A stretch of DNA of 64,000 nucleotides, taken from an uncultured Verrucomicrobiota bacterium. Its GTDB lineage: Bacteria; Verrucomicrobiota; Verrucomicrobiia; Limisphaerales; UBA8199. Where the stretch lies: positions 201,756 to 265,755 of the forward strand of contig CAZVFC010000001.1 in the NCBI GenBank assembly GCA_964625855.1, written 5' to 3'. A program made the translations under genes and the position numbers. The notes under the pieces were generated by a model, which did not search any database, was not told where the DNA came from, and saw nothing but the letters and a program-made list of their open reading frames with translations. Below are positions 46,595 to 56,574 of the stretch, piece after piece; position 1 is the stretch's first letter, and every line of letters starts with the position of its first letter.

Positions 46595-48406
46595 TCAACG
46601 GTATTCAACCTCCACCCTTGAGAGCTGGGTGTCCTTCTGAAACCGGATGGTGATCGCCGACTCGTCACCCGGCATGCCCGCGACAGTGTAAAGTCGCGGC
46701 CGGCGGAAATTGTACATCTCCTTGCCGGCATAGAAATCCTGGGCGCGCGCATTGAGGGCAGGGCCGGTTCCGGGCTCGCTGCCGGCCAGGAATTCGAGCC
46801 CCGGCTCGCTTTGTTCGCCGAAGGCATAGGCTCGCGCGGCGATGATGCGGCCCGGGACGTGGTAGGCGATCCAGGCGCCGGGAGCGCCCCAGAGGCGGTG
46901 GCAGTCTTCTTTGTAATCACGAGCGCCGTTGGTCCGGAGCTCCAGCTTCCCGCCCTTCCGGTAGGTGCGCGACAGGTTGGGCAGTTCGTCCACCAGCGTG
47001 CGACAACGCATGGCCACGGGTCCGAGGACCTTTGAAGGCTGCGATCCACCGGCCTCGTTGCGGGCGATGAGACGGTAGCAATAGCTCCGGCCCGACTCGG
47101 TACATTCATCCACAGCCAGCGGACGGTATTGAGTCGCGTCGTCCGTGAGCTGGGCGGCGATGATTTGCCACGGGCCGCCGGGCTGGTCGGCGCGTTGCAA
47201 CTCGTAATTCGCCGCGCCGGCCGACCCGCGCCAGGTGAGGACGCCGCCGTCGGTCACGCTGAAAAGGTCCGGCGCGGCGGGCGCTTCGAGCGCGGGCGCG
47301 GGGCGGTGCTGAATCTCCCAGGCCTTTGCTCTCACCATCCGCATGAAACGCGTTTCATCATAAGTTTCGCCCGCCGGGCCGCCGGGCCAGTGGTAGGCCT
47401 TAAAGAAGTCCCCGCCGAGCGGTTCGTGGTGCCAATAATAGCCGCCATCCTGGTTGTGGAAACGGAGCGACCAGATCAGGCCACCGGCGATGGCCGGGTC
47501 CTGGACGATGGTGTCCATGATGGCGCGCATGCCCTCGGTGGTGACGAACCCGAATTCGCCCACCATATACACCTTGCGCCCAGCCAGCCGTTTCGCGCTG
47601 GCCTGGATTTGCTCGATCATCTTGACCGGGTCCCCCTGGTAAAGGTGGTCCTGCACGATATCCACCCCGGCATTCTCCGGGTCCGTGAAGTAGCTTTCGG
47701 CCACCAGGTGCTGCGGGTCGAGCTGCTTGAGGTAAGGGGCCATCTCGCGCACCCATTCCTTGGGCGCCTTCAATTCGTTGCCCAGCTCCCAGGCCAGCAC
47801 CGCCTTGTCGTCCAGGTAACGCACGCCCGTGAGCGTGTTGGTCCGGTGCAGGACGAGGCTGACCAGGCGCTTGTAGTCTTCCTTTACCTGCGGGTCGGTG
47901 AAGAACGCGTCTCTGGGCTTCCCATGCCAGGCGGCAAATTCCTGGATGCCGCCCCACCAACTGTTCTGATCCACGAACGGGATGATCAGCCGCACGCCGT
48001 GGCGGTGCGCGCTCGCCAGCACGCGGTCCAGCACGACCATGCCTTCCTCGTTCAACTGGCCTGGGCCCAGGATGTGCCGTGGCAGGCCGGGCGGATCGTT
48101 GGTCTTGCGGACGGAGAGGACGTAGGTGCGCGCAACCCGCCCGCCCATTTGCCGGATGGTGGCCAGCGCATCGTCAATCTCGTAGGGCGCGGGCCAGCGA
48201 AAGCTGCTCAATTGCTCGAACCGCATGTCGTCTTCCGTGTAGGTCAGATTCGGGATATTGAACGACATGAACCGGAAGGGTTGGTCGCCCTCCAGCAGTT
48301 GGCTGCCGCGCGCGGTGATAAACTCACGGAAGCTGGTTTCGGCTCGCACCGATGAGGACGAGAGAGCCGCAAGCGCGGCGCTGATAATCAAGGCAAGTGC
48401 TTTCAT
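46595..48406 (-). CDS. Secreted glycoside hydrolase family 5 (mannanase-like) with a C-terminal accessory domain
   Basis: Signal peptide MKALALIISAALAALSSSSVRA. Clan GH-A motifs LAWELGNELK (acid/base NE) and MVGEFG (nucleophile). The C-terminal ~200 aa are beta-rich. Confidence 0.82.
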   Translation of the reverse strand: MKALALIISAALAALSSSSVRAETSFREFITARGSQLLEGDQPFRFMSFNIPNLTYTEDDMRFEQLSSFRWPAPYEIDDALATIRQMGGRVARTYVLSVRKTNDPPGLPRHILGPGQLNEEGMVVLDRVLASAHRHGVRLIIPFVDQNSWWGGIQEFAAWHGKPRDAFFTDPQVKEDYKRLVSLVLHRTNTLTGVRYLDDKAVLAWELGNELKAPKEWVREMAPYLKQLDPQHLVAESYFTDPENAGVDIVQDHLYQGDPVKMIEQIQASAKRLAGRKVYMVGEFGFVTTEGMRAIMDTIVQDPAIAGGLIWSLRFHNQDGGYYWHHEPLGGDFFKAYHWPGGPAGETYDETRFMRMVRAKAWEIQHRPAPALEAPAAPDLFSVTDGGVLTWRGSAGAANYELQRADQPGGPWQIIAAQLTDDATQYRPLAVDECTESGRSYCYRLIARNEAGGSQPSKVLGPVAMRCRTLVDELPNLSRTYRKGGKLELRTNGARDYKEDCHRLWGAPGAWIAYHVPGRIIAARAYAFGEQSEPGLEFLAGSEPGTGPALNARAQDFYAGKEMYNFRRPRLYTVAGMPGDESAITIRFQKDTQLSRVEVEYR

Positions 48407-48807
48407 TCTTTAATCTCCAATTCCAGATTTCGATTTCCTGAACCTGCGTCCGCCTTAGCCTCGGCCCCCGGGCGCGGCGGGTAGAGCACCACGCTGATCA
48501 TGCCGCCCGTGATGGCATACAGAGAAGTCAGTCCCAGGATGGTGACGGCGAGATCTATCGTGTGTGGTCTCATTGCGTCGCTTGAACTGCGTCAAAGTGC
48601 CAACTGCGCCCTGGCTTATCGAGCGGAAACTACGTAGTGAGTTTTGATGACGCGGCCCGCTCCCCCTGCCCCAATCGCCCCCGATTTGCCATTGGCCATT
48701 GGCGATTGCCGATTGGCGACTGGCTACCTGAGGGAAATGAGCCCGGTGGCCAGGTATTAGCCGATTTGGCCTTGAACACGCTGGTGCGGTATGCCACAAA
48801 GGCGCCT

Positions 48808-49743
48808 ATGCAATCCACCGGTGAAAATGCTCGTAAGCCCCTTTCGACGCCGGAACCCAGCCATGCTGGACCGACGCATCAAAGCCCCTCTCTGGCTTCC
48901 CGGCGGGACTTTCTCAAGCTCTCAGCCGCCGCGTTGGCTGCCGGGGCGGCCCAGCCGCTTGTTGGCGCCGAGGCGTCTTCAACTGCACCGCGAGCCCAAT
49001 CTAACAGTGCCTCCAGCAAGGACCCCTATGCGCTGGCGGCGCGCTTCAACCGGTTCCTCCGGGTCACGGATGTCACCGACGGGCTCGACGCCGTCGGGCG
49101 GGCCGACCTGACGCTTTTGGACCCGGCGATTCGCCCGCTATGGATGGGCCTGAGGTTCTTCGGCCCGGCCATCACCATGCGCGTCGCGCCCACCAATCGC
49201 CGCATGCCGATTGTTGAGCGCAAGGATGCCCTCCGGCAGCACGCGATTTGGGATGAGATGGGCGCCATGCACGCCCGACTGCAGGTCAAACCGGGCTGTG
49301 TGGTCGTCACCTCGACCAATGGCGCGCGCGAGTGCGGCTACTGGGGGTCCAACAACTCCATGGCCATGCAGGCCAGCGGCGTGGCGGGAATCGTCACCGA
49401 CGGCTACGCGCGCGACACCGATGAGATCATAATGCAAAAGGGCCCGGTTGCCTGCCGCGGCATCGGCCGAACGATCATCCCCGGCCGCGTCGAACTGCTC
49501 GACGTCGAGGTGCCGGTCGGGTGCGGGGGCGTGTTAGTCCGGCCCGGCGACATCGTCGGCGCGGACTGGGACGGCGTGGTTGTGGTGCCTATCGAGGCGG
49601 CCGAGGATGTGTTGTGCATCGCCGCCCGCATTGCTGTTGATGACAAGAAGGCACGCCGCCGCTGGTACGAAAAGCTGGGCAAGAAGCCCGACGAGACGGT
49701 GGATTGGGAAGCTGCGGCGGAGTATTTCAAGGATCTCCTCTGA
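48808..49743 (+). CDS. RraA/HMG-aldolase-family protein with a twin-arginine (Tat) signal
   Basis: The track ORF starts at 48637. ATG 48808 gives MQSTGEN...SRRDFLKLSAAALAAGAA (Tat motif). The C-terminal part (GYWGSNNSMAMQASGVAGIVTDGYARDTDEI) is RraA-family-like. Confidence 0.78.
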   Translation: MQSTGENARKPLSTPEPSHAGPTHQSPSLASRRDFLKLSAAALAAGAAQPLVGAEASSTAPRAQSNSASSKDPYALAARFNRFLRVTDVTDGLDAVGRADLTLLDPAIRPLWMGLRFFGPAITMRVAPTNRRMPIVERKDALRQHAIWDEMGAMHARLQVKPGCVVVTSTNGARECGYWGSNNSMAMQASGVAGIVTDGYARDTDEIIMQKGPVACRGIGRTIIPGRVELLDVEVPVGCGGVLVRPGDIVGADWDGVVVVPIEAAEDVLCIAARIAVDDKKARRRWYEKLGKKPDETVDWEAAAEYFKDLL

Positions 49744-49920
49744 GCGCAAATCGGGATACGGGCCTACCTCAAGAACTGTAGTTGTTCGCTGTTTCCGGTG
49801 AGATACCCGGCGGACCGACAGCGTCTGGAGGGATCCGGGAGGTTTTGCGGTGCCTTTCGGTCCTAAGTCCCTGGAAGATAGCAGGTTGCGTAAGGAGGCA
49901 ACCGTAATGTCAAGTCAGGG

Positions 49921-49964
49921 TATCTACGGTGTGTATGCGGTCAGTATACGGTGATTATACGGCG
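49921..49964. repeat. Four tandem 11-bp repeats (consensus nnTATRCGGYG)
   Basis: TATCTACGGTG / TGTATGCGGTC / AGTATACGGTG / ATTATACGGCG, in a convergent intergenic region. Confidence 0.7.
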
Positions 49965-50061
49965 TGTCCCCGGCGCGTATGGCTATGGCTTCGTGCGTGC
50001 CCCCGGGGGCCAAGAATTCCACAACCGCCAATTTCGCACTGGCACCAGGATCCGGGCGGCC

Positions 50062-53000
50062 TCAAGGGCGGCTGATCCGGATGCGCAGATAATGCGCCGC
50101 CAAGGACGGCACCAGCGTATTGTCGCTGACGGTCACGGTTTCTGTGCCATCGTGATTGTCGCTGACCGTCTCCGTCGTAAACGCAGGGCCGGATTGCCAG
50201 GGGCCGGAAACAACGTCCTCGGCAACCTCGAATAGATAAGTGATGTCCGCCGGAGCCGGATGCGTGCGCAAGAAGTTGATCGTCAGGTGACCGCCAACCA
50301 GGTCGAAGGTAATCGGGGACGGGTTGGGCGTCTTCGGGTCGGTGTGGAAGGCATATTCAAACAGATTGATCAGGCCGTCACGGTCCGGGTCGGCTGTATC
50401 GGCGGCGATGCCCGCATCATCGGTGGTGCCGAACTTGTCCAGGCGCCACTGCTCGATGGGCGACAAAGGCGTCGTCCTCAGGCTGACCGGGAGTGCCGCG
50501 GTCGAGGGCAGCGCTGCATCGCCGGTATTGACCAGCAACGTGGCGGTGTAGATGCCCGCGGGAACGCTGCTGGGGTCGAAGGTCAGGCTCACGAAGTCGG
50601 TGTTCGAGCCGGGTACCAGCCCGGCGTTGGCCGCCAATCCGAGCCAGGGAGTCGGGCTGAGGCGCACGGCCATGCCGCTTTGCAGATAGGTTTGGTTGTA
50701 GGCCACCTGGAGGCCCTGGCTGGCCGCGGCGTTTTGCACGCCCACTGTGCAGGCGTTGCTTACGCCGATGGACTGGTACTGCATCAGGATTTCGCCTGTG
50801 GTCTTGAGGATGAGTTGGCAGCTCACGGTGGCGCTGCCGGCTCCTTTGATCGGTGCATTTTGAAACTGCAGGGTGAAGGTGCCGGCGATGGGGTCGGTGT
50901 CGGCATAAATGCGACCGCTCGTGCTGAGGTTCAGATCATCCCAGAAGACCGCGATGAGGTTGGTGGGGGCCAGTGTGCCGGGCAATGCCCGATTGACGGA
51001 GGTGTCGCCGCTGAACGGGCTGAATGTGACGAATCCGTTGGGCGATACATAGAGCTGCGTACGGATGCCGGGCGGCTGCCCTCCGCTGAAGAACGGGAAG
51101 CTGAAGCCAATGTTGACCGGGCCCGTGATGCCCTCGTCTTTGGCGTTCTTGGGGGCCGCCAGCGCGGTGAAGTTGGTCGTGAGTTCCACTCCCACGGCGG
51201 AGATGTCCTTCCAGGCGAACACCGGCCCGCCCGCTTGGGTAGAGTTGACCGCCGCATAGAGGACCGGCGCGGCACCGGTGACACAGAGCGAGTAAGGCAG
51301 CGGCAGGCCGCCGCTATTGGTGATAGCCAGCGGCAAAGTGAGCGGCGGAGAATTGGTGTCGAGAATTTGCACAAGCGTTGGCGCGCCGATGCTGCCCAGC
51401 GCAGGCCGGCCGGCGTAAAGCGCGGCGGACCGGAGAATCGCCGGCGTCGCCACGGTAGCCGCATTGGTGCCAACGACCGTGAACGTGAAGTTGCTGAGCG
51501 GCCTGCCGGCAAACGTGTCCCACCAGGTTGCGGCGTAGGTGCCGGGCTGCAGCCCGGCGAGCGGGAAGCTGCCGCTCACGGTGGCAGTGGCGGTGGCATT
51601 GTAGATGTTGGTGCGGTGCCAGAGCCAGAGCGCGGCGAAACTACTGTTGCCTATCTGATAGGCGCCGATCATGGGCACGTAGGGGTCGAGAGTAATGTCA
51701 CCGATGACCAGCCAATCCAAGCCGGGATTGATGAGGCGCACCGTATGTTGCCCGGCAGCGACGCTCGCGGCTAAGGTCAAATTGGTGTTCTGATCCGAGC
51801 CGGTGCCCGCGAAAGAGATCGCGTTGGCCGTCACCCCATCCACGGTGATTGTCAATCCTGCGCCAGCCGCCGCCACCTGCGTGATTTGGACTGCAAAAAC
51901 CCCGCCGCCCGGCGGATAGTCCACGAGGAAGGTGTAATTCGAGCCCCACTCCCGGTGATAATACCCTTGCAGATAGCGCGGCAGATCGCCGATGCCGTCC
52001 GGCGCCACGCCGCCCACGGTGAAGACGGTTTGCGTTGCGGCCTGCCAGTAGGCGCCGGGACTGAAGACCAGGCTGGTGTTTTGCGCACAGGCAACCCGAG
52101 GCGCGGTCCTGGTGAGAGTGTTCTGATCGGCAATGCCGGCGGACAGCACGAAATCTCGCGCCGCGCGGAACAGCTTGTAGGCGCTCTCAGCCTCCAGTTG
52201 GTCGCTATACCACTGCTGGGCGGCACCCGATTGAGCCGCCATCAAGCCCGCCCAGAGGGGCGCATGGAACCCGAAGTGTGGCGTGGAACCCCGGCCGCAT
52301 TCGCCGCTGAAGATCGGCTTGACCGGTTGTCCGGCCGGCACGCCCGGCGCGTCACGCAGCGATGAAATCAGATCGCTGGGGTAGTCGTGGTGCTGGTAGT
52401 AATCGCATTGGTTCCAGATCGGCCGGTCAAGCTCGGAGCTCGTCGTGATCAGATGCCCGTAGCCGTCCTGAGAGCGGATGAACTGGGCCATTTCATCGTG
52501 CCAGGCGGCGATATTAGTCCACTGGTTGGCGTAGGCGGCGTCGGTGAACTGAACCTCGTTGAACAGCTCCCAGCTCATAACCGCCGGCGAGTAACCCCAG
52601 CGCGCGACGATGTAACGGTACTTCCGCTTGGTCAGCGCCTTGGCCTGGGCGTCGGTAAAGAACTGCGTCGCATTCGCCAGAAACCCGCCGTTGGCGGTGT
52701 TGTAGGGATTCTGCTCCCAGTTCGGGTTGACGTTGCTGCCAGGGATGCTCGCATACTGGCCATGGTGCTGCAGCGTGACTTGGAAAGAGACGCCGCCCTG
52801 CTCCGCCGCCGAAACGATGGCGTCCCACTTCCGGGCCACAGGAAGGCTGAAGCTTCCGAAGCTGCCGGTTTTGGGCCATTCCAGGTTAAGGCTGTCATAG
52901 AAGTGAGTCATCCAGACGCGCGACCAATTCTCGCGCGCGGCCCCCAGCCGGGAGAAGACGCCGGGGAGGTGGGTATTGTTCGTCCACCAGGCGACGTTGT

Positions 53001-53463
53001 GCCCGAGCGGGAAATGGCGGCGTCCGTTGCAGGTGATGAACCGGTTGGTGTTCGCCGGGTCCACCCGCACGAACCCAGGGCTGGTGGGGCTCCCGCTGAC
53101 TGTCCACGAGGCCGGTTGCAGGCTCCCGACCGTCAAAGGCTGTCCATTCAACGTCACCCCAGCTACTTGGTAGAGGCCGGACTGCGGCGGCGTATGGCGA
53201 ACGCGCCACGTCGTGCCGCCATCGAAGAACGCCGACAACGAGTTTGTCGTGCCGTCCGGCTGCGTGATCTGCACTCGCACATCCGTCTGTGCGTAGTCAA
53301 ATGGGTCGGTGGCCAGATTCGAGATGCTGAAGGAAGCCTCTATCCTGGGATAGACGCCGGCTGAGGCTAAATCGCCCATTGCCAGGAGCGCGCATAGCAT
53401 AGGCATGCTGGTCGCAATCCGCCGCAAAGGTGCGCGAGGAGATTTACCTGGCTTTGAATTCAC
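50062..53463 (-). CDS. Large secreted glycoside hydrolase (clan GH-A, GH5-like) with an N-terminal Ig-like domain, central beta-rich region and C-terminal Ca-binding-like motif plus terminal beta-domain
   Basis: 1133-aa ORF with a signal region (MPMLCALLAMGDLASAG). WELFNEV is an acid/base-type motif and FSGECG is a nucleophile-type motif. Near the C-terminus it has DTADPDRDGLINLFEYAF, and it ends ...HYLRIRISRP. Confidence 0.78.
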   Translation of the reverse strand: MNSKPGKSPRAPLRRIATSMPMLCALLAMGDLASAGVYPRIEASFSISNLATDPFDYAQTDVRVQITQPDGTTNSLSAFFDGGTTWRVRHTPPQSGLYQVAGVTLNGQPLTVGSLQPASWTVSGSPTSPGFVRVDPANTNRFITCNGRRHFPLGHNVAWWTNNTHLPGVFSRLGAARENWSRVWMTHFYDSLNLEWPKTGSFGSFSLPVARKWDAIVSAAEQGGVSFQVTLQHHGQYASIPGSNVNPNWEQNPYNTANGGFLANATQFFTDAQAKALTKRKYRYIVARWGYSPAVMSWELFNEVQFTDAAYANQWTNIAAWHDEMAQFIRSQDGYGHLITTSSELDRPIWNQCDYYQHHDYPSDLISSLRDAPGVPAGQPVKPIFSGECGRGSTPHFGFHAPLWAGLMAAQSGAAQQWYSDQLEAESAYKLFRAARDFVLSAGIADQNTLTRTAPRVACAQNTSLVFSPGAYWQAATQTVFTVGGVAPDGIGDLPRYLQGYYHREWGSNYTFLVDYPPGGGVFAVQITQVAAAGAGLTITVDGVTANAISFAGTGSDQNTNLTLAASVAAGQHTVRLINPGLDWLVIGDITLDPYVPMIGAYQIGNSSFAALWLWHRTNIYNATATATVSGSFPLAGLQPGTYAATWWDTFAGRPLSNFTFTVVGTNAATVATPAILRSAALYAGRPALGSIGAPTLVQILDTNSPPLTLPLAITNSGGLPLPYSLCVTGAAPVLYAAVNSTQAGGPVFAWKDISAVGVELTTNFTALAAPKNAKDEGITGPVNIGFSFPFFSGGQPPGIRTQLYVSPNGFVTFSPFSGDTSVNRALPGTLAPTNLIAVFWDDLNLSTSGRIYADTDPIAGTFTLQFQNAPIKGAGSATVSCQLILKTTGEILMQYQSIGVSNACTVGVQNAAASQGLQVAYNQTYLQSGMAVRLSPTPWLGLAANAGLVPGSNTDFVSLTFDPSSVPAGIYTATLLVNTGDAALPSTAALPVSLRTTPLSPIEQWRLDKFGTTDDAGIAADTADPDRDGLINLFEYAFHTDPKTPNPSPITFDLVGGHLTINFLRTHPAPADITYLFEVAEDVVSGPWQSGPAFTTETVSDNHDGTETVTVSDNTLVPSLAAHYLRIRISRP

Positions 53464-53819
53464 TTGGGCCTTATGGAGGCGTCGGTTAAACGCCGGAATC
53501 GTGCACCCGCTCGGGAACCAGCATATATCGCCCCCAATATAGCGGCAGCGCTCGCCCTGATCGAGGACGAAGTTGAGACGCCAGCCGTGCGCTGTTGCCG
53601 ACTGTCATACGCGGCAGCGAAGCCTCGAGGTAGTGAATTTTGATGACATGTGCGCTGGAGCTGTCATCGTACCATTACTCAAGAGACATTCGTCTTCCTC
53701 GAGAGAGAGCGGTTTGCTATGGCCCTGATGATTCTGTTCCATGTTAGATGGCGAGTGCACACGCCCGCACGAAAGACGCTCACCGGCGTGTGGTGCCCCG
53801 CGCCGTTCGCGAACAAGCC

Positions 53820-55034
53820 ATGAGTCCTCAAAGCCTGAAGGAATTCAGCGGCCGAGTCCGCGACCACCTCTTCGGCCATATCCTGCCGTTTTGGTGTGGC
53901 CCGGCGGTGGATCGGGAGCAGGGCGGCTGGATGGCCTGGCTCTCCAACGACCTTAAGCCCGACCGCACTCAACCCAAAGGGCTGATCGTTCACAGCCGGA
54001 TTCTCTGGGCCTTCTCCGCCGTCCACCAGGCGCAGCCAGACCCTGCGTATCGGAAAATGGCCGAGCGCGCGTTTGACTACCTGATGAACAGGTTCTGGGA
54101 CCCGCAGCACGGCGGCGCGTTTTGGCAACTGGACGATGCCGGCCGGTTACGGGATGGCGCGAAGAAGACCTACGGCCAGGCGTTCTACATCTATGCCCTG
54201 GCGGAATTCCACCGCGCCTTTGGTTCCGCGCCGGCGCTGGCCCGCGCGCTGGAATTGTTCGAGTTGATCGAACGCCACGCCCACGACGCGAGATTCGGCG
54301 GTTACCTCGAGGTCCTCGCCCGCGACTGGTCCGACGCCGGGCCAAACGCGCGCCTGAGTGACAAAGACCTGAACGAGAAGAAGTCCATGAACAATCATCT
54401 TCACGTTCTGGAGGCCTACACCAATCTGCACCGCGTCACCGCGTCACCGGTAGTGCGACAACGCCTGCGCGAACTCATCCGACTGTTCCTCGAACGCATC
54501 CTGGACCCGCACACCGGCCATCTGCACCATTTCTTCAATGAAGAATGGTGCGTGCGCTCCGACGCCCACACCTTCGGCCACGACATCGAGGCGAGCTGGC
54601 TCTTGTGCGAGGCGGCAGATGAGTTGAGGGATCCTGGGATGTTGCCGCAAGTTCACCAAGCAGCTTTGCGCATGGCCGCGGTCGTCCGCGAGGAAGGGCT
54701 TGGCGCTGATGGCGGGCTGTATTATGAAGGCCGGTCCGGCCAGGTCATTGACCGTGGCCGCGAGTGCTGGCCGCAAGCGGAGGCGCTCGTCGGCTTTCTC
54801 AACGCGCTGGAACTTAGCGGAGACAGCAGTTATTTCGACACCGCGCGGCGGGTCTGGCAGTATTTGGAGCAACACCTGGTGGACCGTGTTCACGGCGAGT
54901 GGTTCTGGCGCATCAAGCCCGACGGCGAACCGGACCTGGAACTGCCGAAAGTAAGCGAGTGGAAAGGCCCGTATCACGGCACGCGCGCGTGCCTCGAGAC
55001 TCTGCGCCGGCTTGACCGGCTGTCCAAACCCTGA
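53820..55034 (+). CDS. AGE-family epimerase/isomerase (cellobiose 2-epimerase / N-acylglucosamine 2-epimerase-like)
   Basis: The start is taken at ATG 53820 ([25 protein letters not shown]). [13 protein letters not shown] and the [10 protein letters not shown]-type helices fit the (alpha/alpha)6 AGE fold. Confidence 0.82.
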   Translation: MSPQSLKEFSGRVRDHLFGHILPFWCGPAVDREQGGWMAWLSNDLKPDRTQPKGLIVHSRILWAFSAVHQAQPDPAYRKMAERAFDYLMNRFWDPQHGGAFWQLDDAGRLRDGAKKTYGQAFYIYALAEFHRAFGSAPALARALELFELIERHAHDARFGGYLEVLARDWSDAGPNARLSDKDLNEKKSMNNHLHVLEAYTNLHRVTASPVVRQRLRELIRLFLERILDPHTGHLHHFFNEEWCVRSDAHTFGHDIEASWLLCEAADELRDPGMLPQVHQAALRMAAVVREEGLGADGGLYYEGRSGQVIDRGRECWPQAEALVGFLNALELSGDSSYFDTARRVWQYLEQHLVDRVHGEWFWRIKPDGEPDLELPKVSEWKGPYHGTRACLETLRRLDRLSKP

Positions 55035-55048
55035 AGAAAGATGAACCC

Positions 55049-56227
55049 ATGACTCGAACCTCGTTCAAGCAAGAGCTCAAACGGCTGGAACAGCAGCACC
55101 GGAAACTCATCCGGCGGCCGAACCCGCCGCAGAGGAACGGCAACGGAATCTTCGACCGCTACCAGAACCCGGTGCTCACCGCTGAGCACATCCCGCTTTC
55201 CTGGCGCTACGACCTTGATCACAGGACCAACCCGCACCTGATGACGCGGCTGGGCATCAACTCAGTCTTCAACGTCGGCGCGATGGGCTGGAATGGAAGG
55301 ATTGTCCTCGCCGCCCGCGTCGAGGGGTGGGATCGCAAATCGTTCTTCGCCATCGCCGACAGCGCGAATGGCGTGGAAGGATTCTGCTTCTGGGATTACC
55401 CGGTGCGCATGCCGGAGTTGGACGACAAGGAAACCAACCTTTACGACATGCGCCTGGTCCGCCACGAAGACGGTTGGATCTACGGACTATTCTGTGCCGA
55501 GCGCCACGATGATTCCGCACCCCACGATCTCTCCGCCGCCATCGCGCGCTGCGGCATCGCGCGCACCAGGGATTTAGTGACCTGGCAACGCCTGCCCGAC
55601 CTCAAGACCCCTGCTTTGCACCAGCGCAACTGCGTGCTGCATCCGGAATTCGTGAATCGCCAGTACGCGTTCTACACGCGGCCGATGGCGGACTTCGCAG
55701 CCGCCGGCACGGGCGACGGCATCGGCTGGGGTCTGTGCGATGACATTACCCACGCCGTCATTTCCGAGGAGAGCATCATTGATCCCCGGTTCTATCACAC
55801 CATCAAGGAGGGCAAGAACGGCCTCGGCCCGGCACCCATTAAGACGAAGGCGGGCTGGCTGCATCTCGCGCACGGGGTGCGCACCACTGCGGTCGGCATG
55901 CGCTATGTGCTCTACCTCTTCCTCTGCGATCTGAAGGAGCCCTGGAACCTCGTCAAGGCGCCTGGCGGCTACTTCATGGCGCCGGAGGGGGACGAGCGGG
56001 TGGGGGATGTGTCGAACGTGCTATTCGCCAATGGCTGGGTGGCGCGCGCGAACGGCGACGTTTTCATCTACTATGGTTCGTCGGACACGCGGACGCACGT
56101 GGCAACGAGCACCGTGGACAAGCTGCTCGACTACGTGCTGAACACGCCCGAGGACGGGATGCGATCGAGACTTTGCGCGGAGCAGCGTTGCCACCTCATC
56201 GAGAAGAACCGGCGGCTGACGCGCTGA
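55049..56227 (+). CDS. GH130 glycoside phosphorylase (4-O-beta-D-mannosyl-D-glucose phosphorylase-like)
   Basis: [25 protein letters not shown]...[36 protein letters not shown] closely resembles my recollection of the Bacteroides/Ruminococcus MGP N-terminus. Confidence 0.88.
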   Translation: MTRTSFKQELKRLEQQHRKLIRRPNPPQRNGNGIFDRYQNPVLTAEHIPLSWRYDLDHRTNPHLMTRLGINSVFNVGAMGWNGRIVLAARVEGWDRKSFFAIADSANGVEGFCFWDYPVRMPELDDKETNLYDMRLVRHEDGWIYGLFCAERHDDSAPHDLSAAIARCGIARTRDLVTWQRLPDLKTPALHQRNCVLHPEFVNRQYAFYTRPMADFAAAGTGDGIGWGLCDDITHAVISEESIIDPRFYHTIKEGKNGLGPAPIKTKAGWLHLAHGVRTTAVGMRYVLYLFLCDLKEPWNLVKAPGGYFMAPEGDERVGDVSNVLFANGWVARANGDVFIYYGSSDTRTHVATSTVDKLLDYVLNTPEDGMRSRLCAEQRCHLIEKNRRLTR

Positions 56228-56250
56228 GAGCGAGAGGCACGCGGCCTCGT

Positions 56251-56448
56251 TCATTCGTCCGCGTAACGCGCCTTCAGCATCGCTGAGAATCGGGCGGCCT
56301 TTTCTTTCCGCCGCCTCTTGGCGCTGGGCTTCTCGAACCGCCGCCGCATGCGGAACTGTAGCAGCGTTTGCTCGCGGTCGAGCTTCTTCTTGAGCCGGCG
56401 GATCGCTCTCTCCACCGGCTCACCCTTTTTCAGCCTTATCTCAGTCAT
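56251..56448 (-). CDS. rpsU: 30S ribosomal protein S21
   Basis: 65 aa: MTEIRLKKGEPVERAIRRLKKKLDREQTLLQFRMRRRFEKPSAKRRRKEKAARF. Confidence 0.93.
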   Translation of the reverse strand: MTEIRLKKGEPVERAIRRLKKKLDREQTLLQFRMRRRFEKPSAKRRRKEKAARFSAMLKARYADE

Positions 56449-56574
56449 AGTTCAAGTTCAGGTTGCCGCACGGCTCGGCTTGCGGGGCTCGACCTCGGGG
56501 CCACCCCGCTCCGTGCCCCCTGGCAGTTCACGATAATCACTCGATTGGAAAACACAAGCACCTGGACGAGCCGG

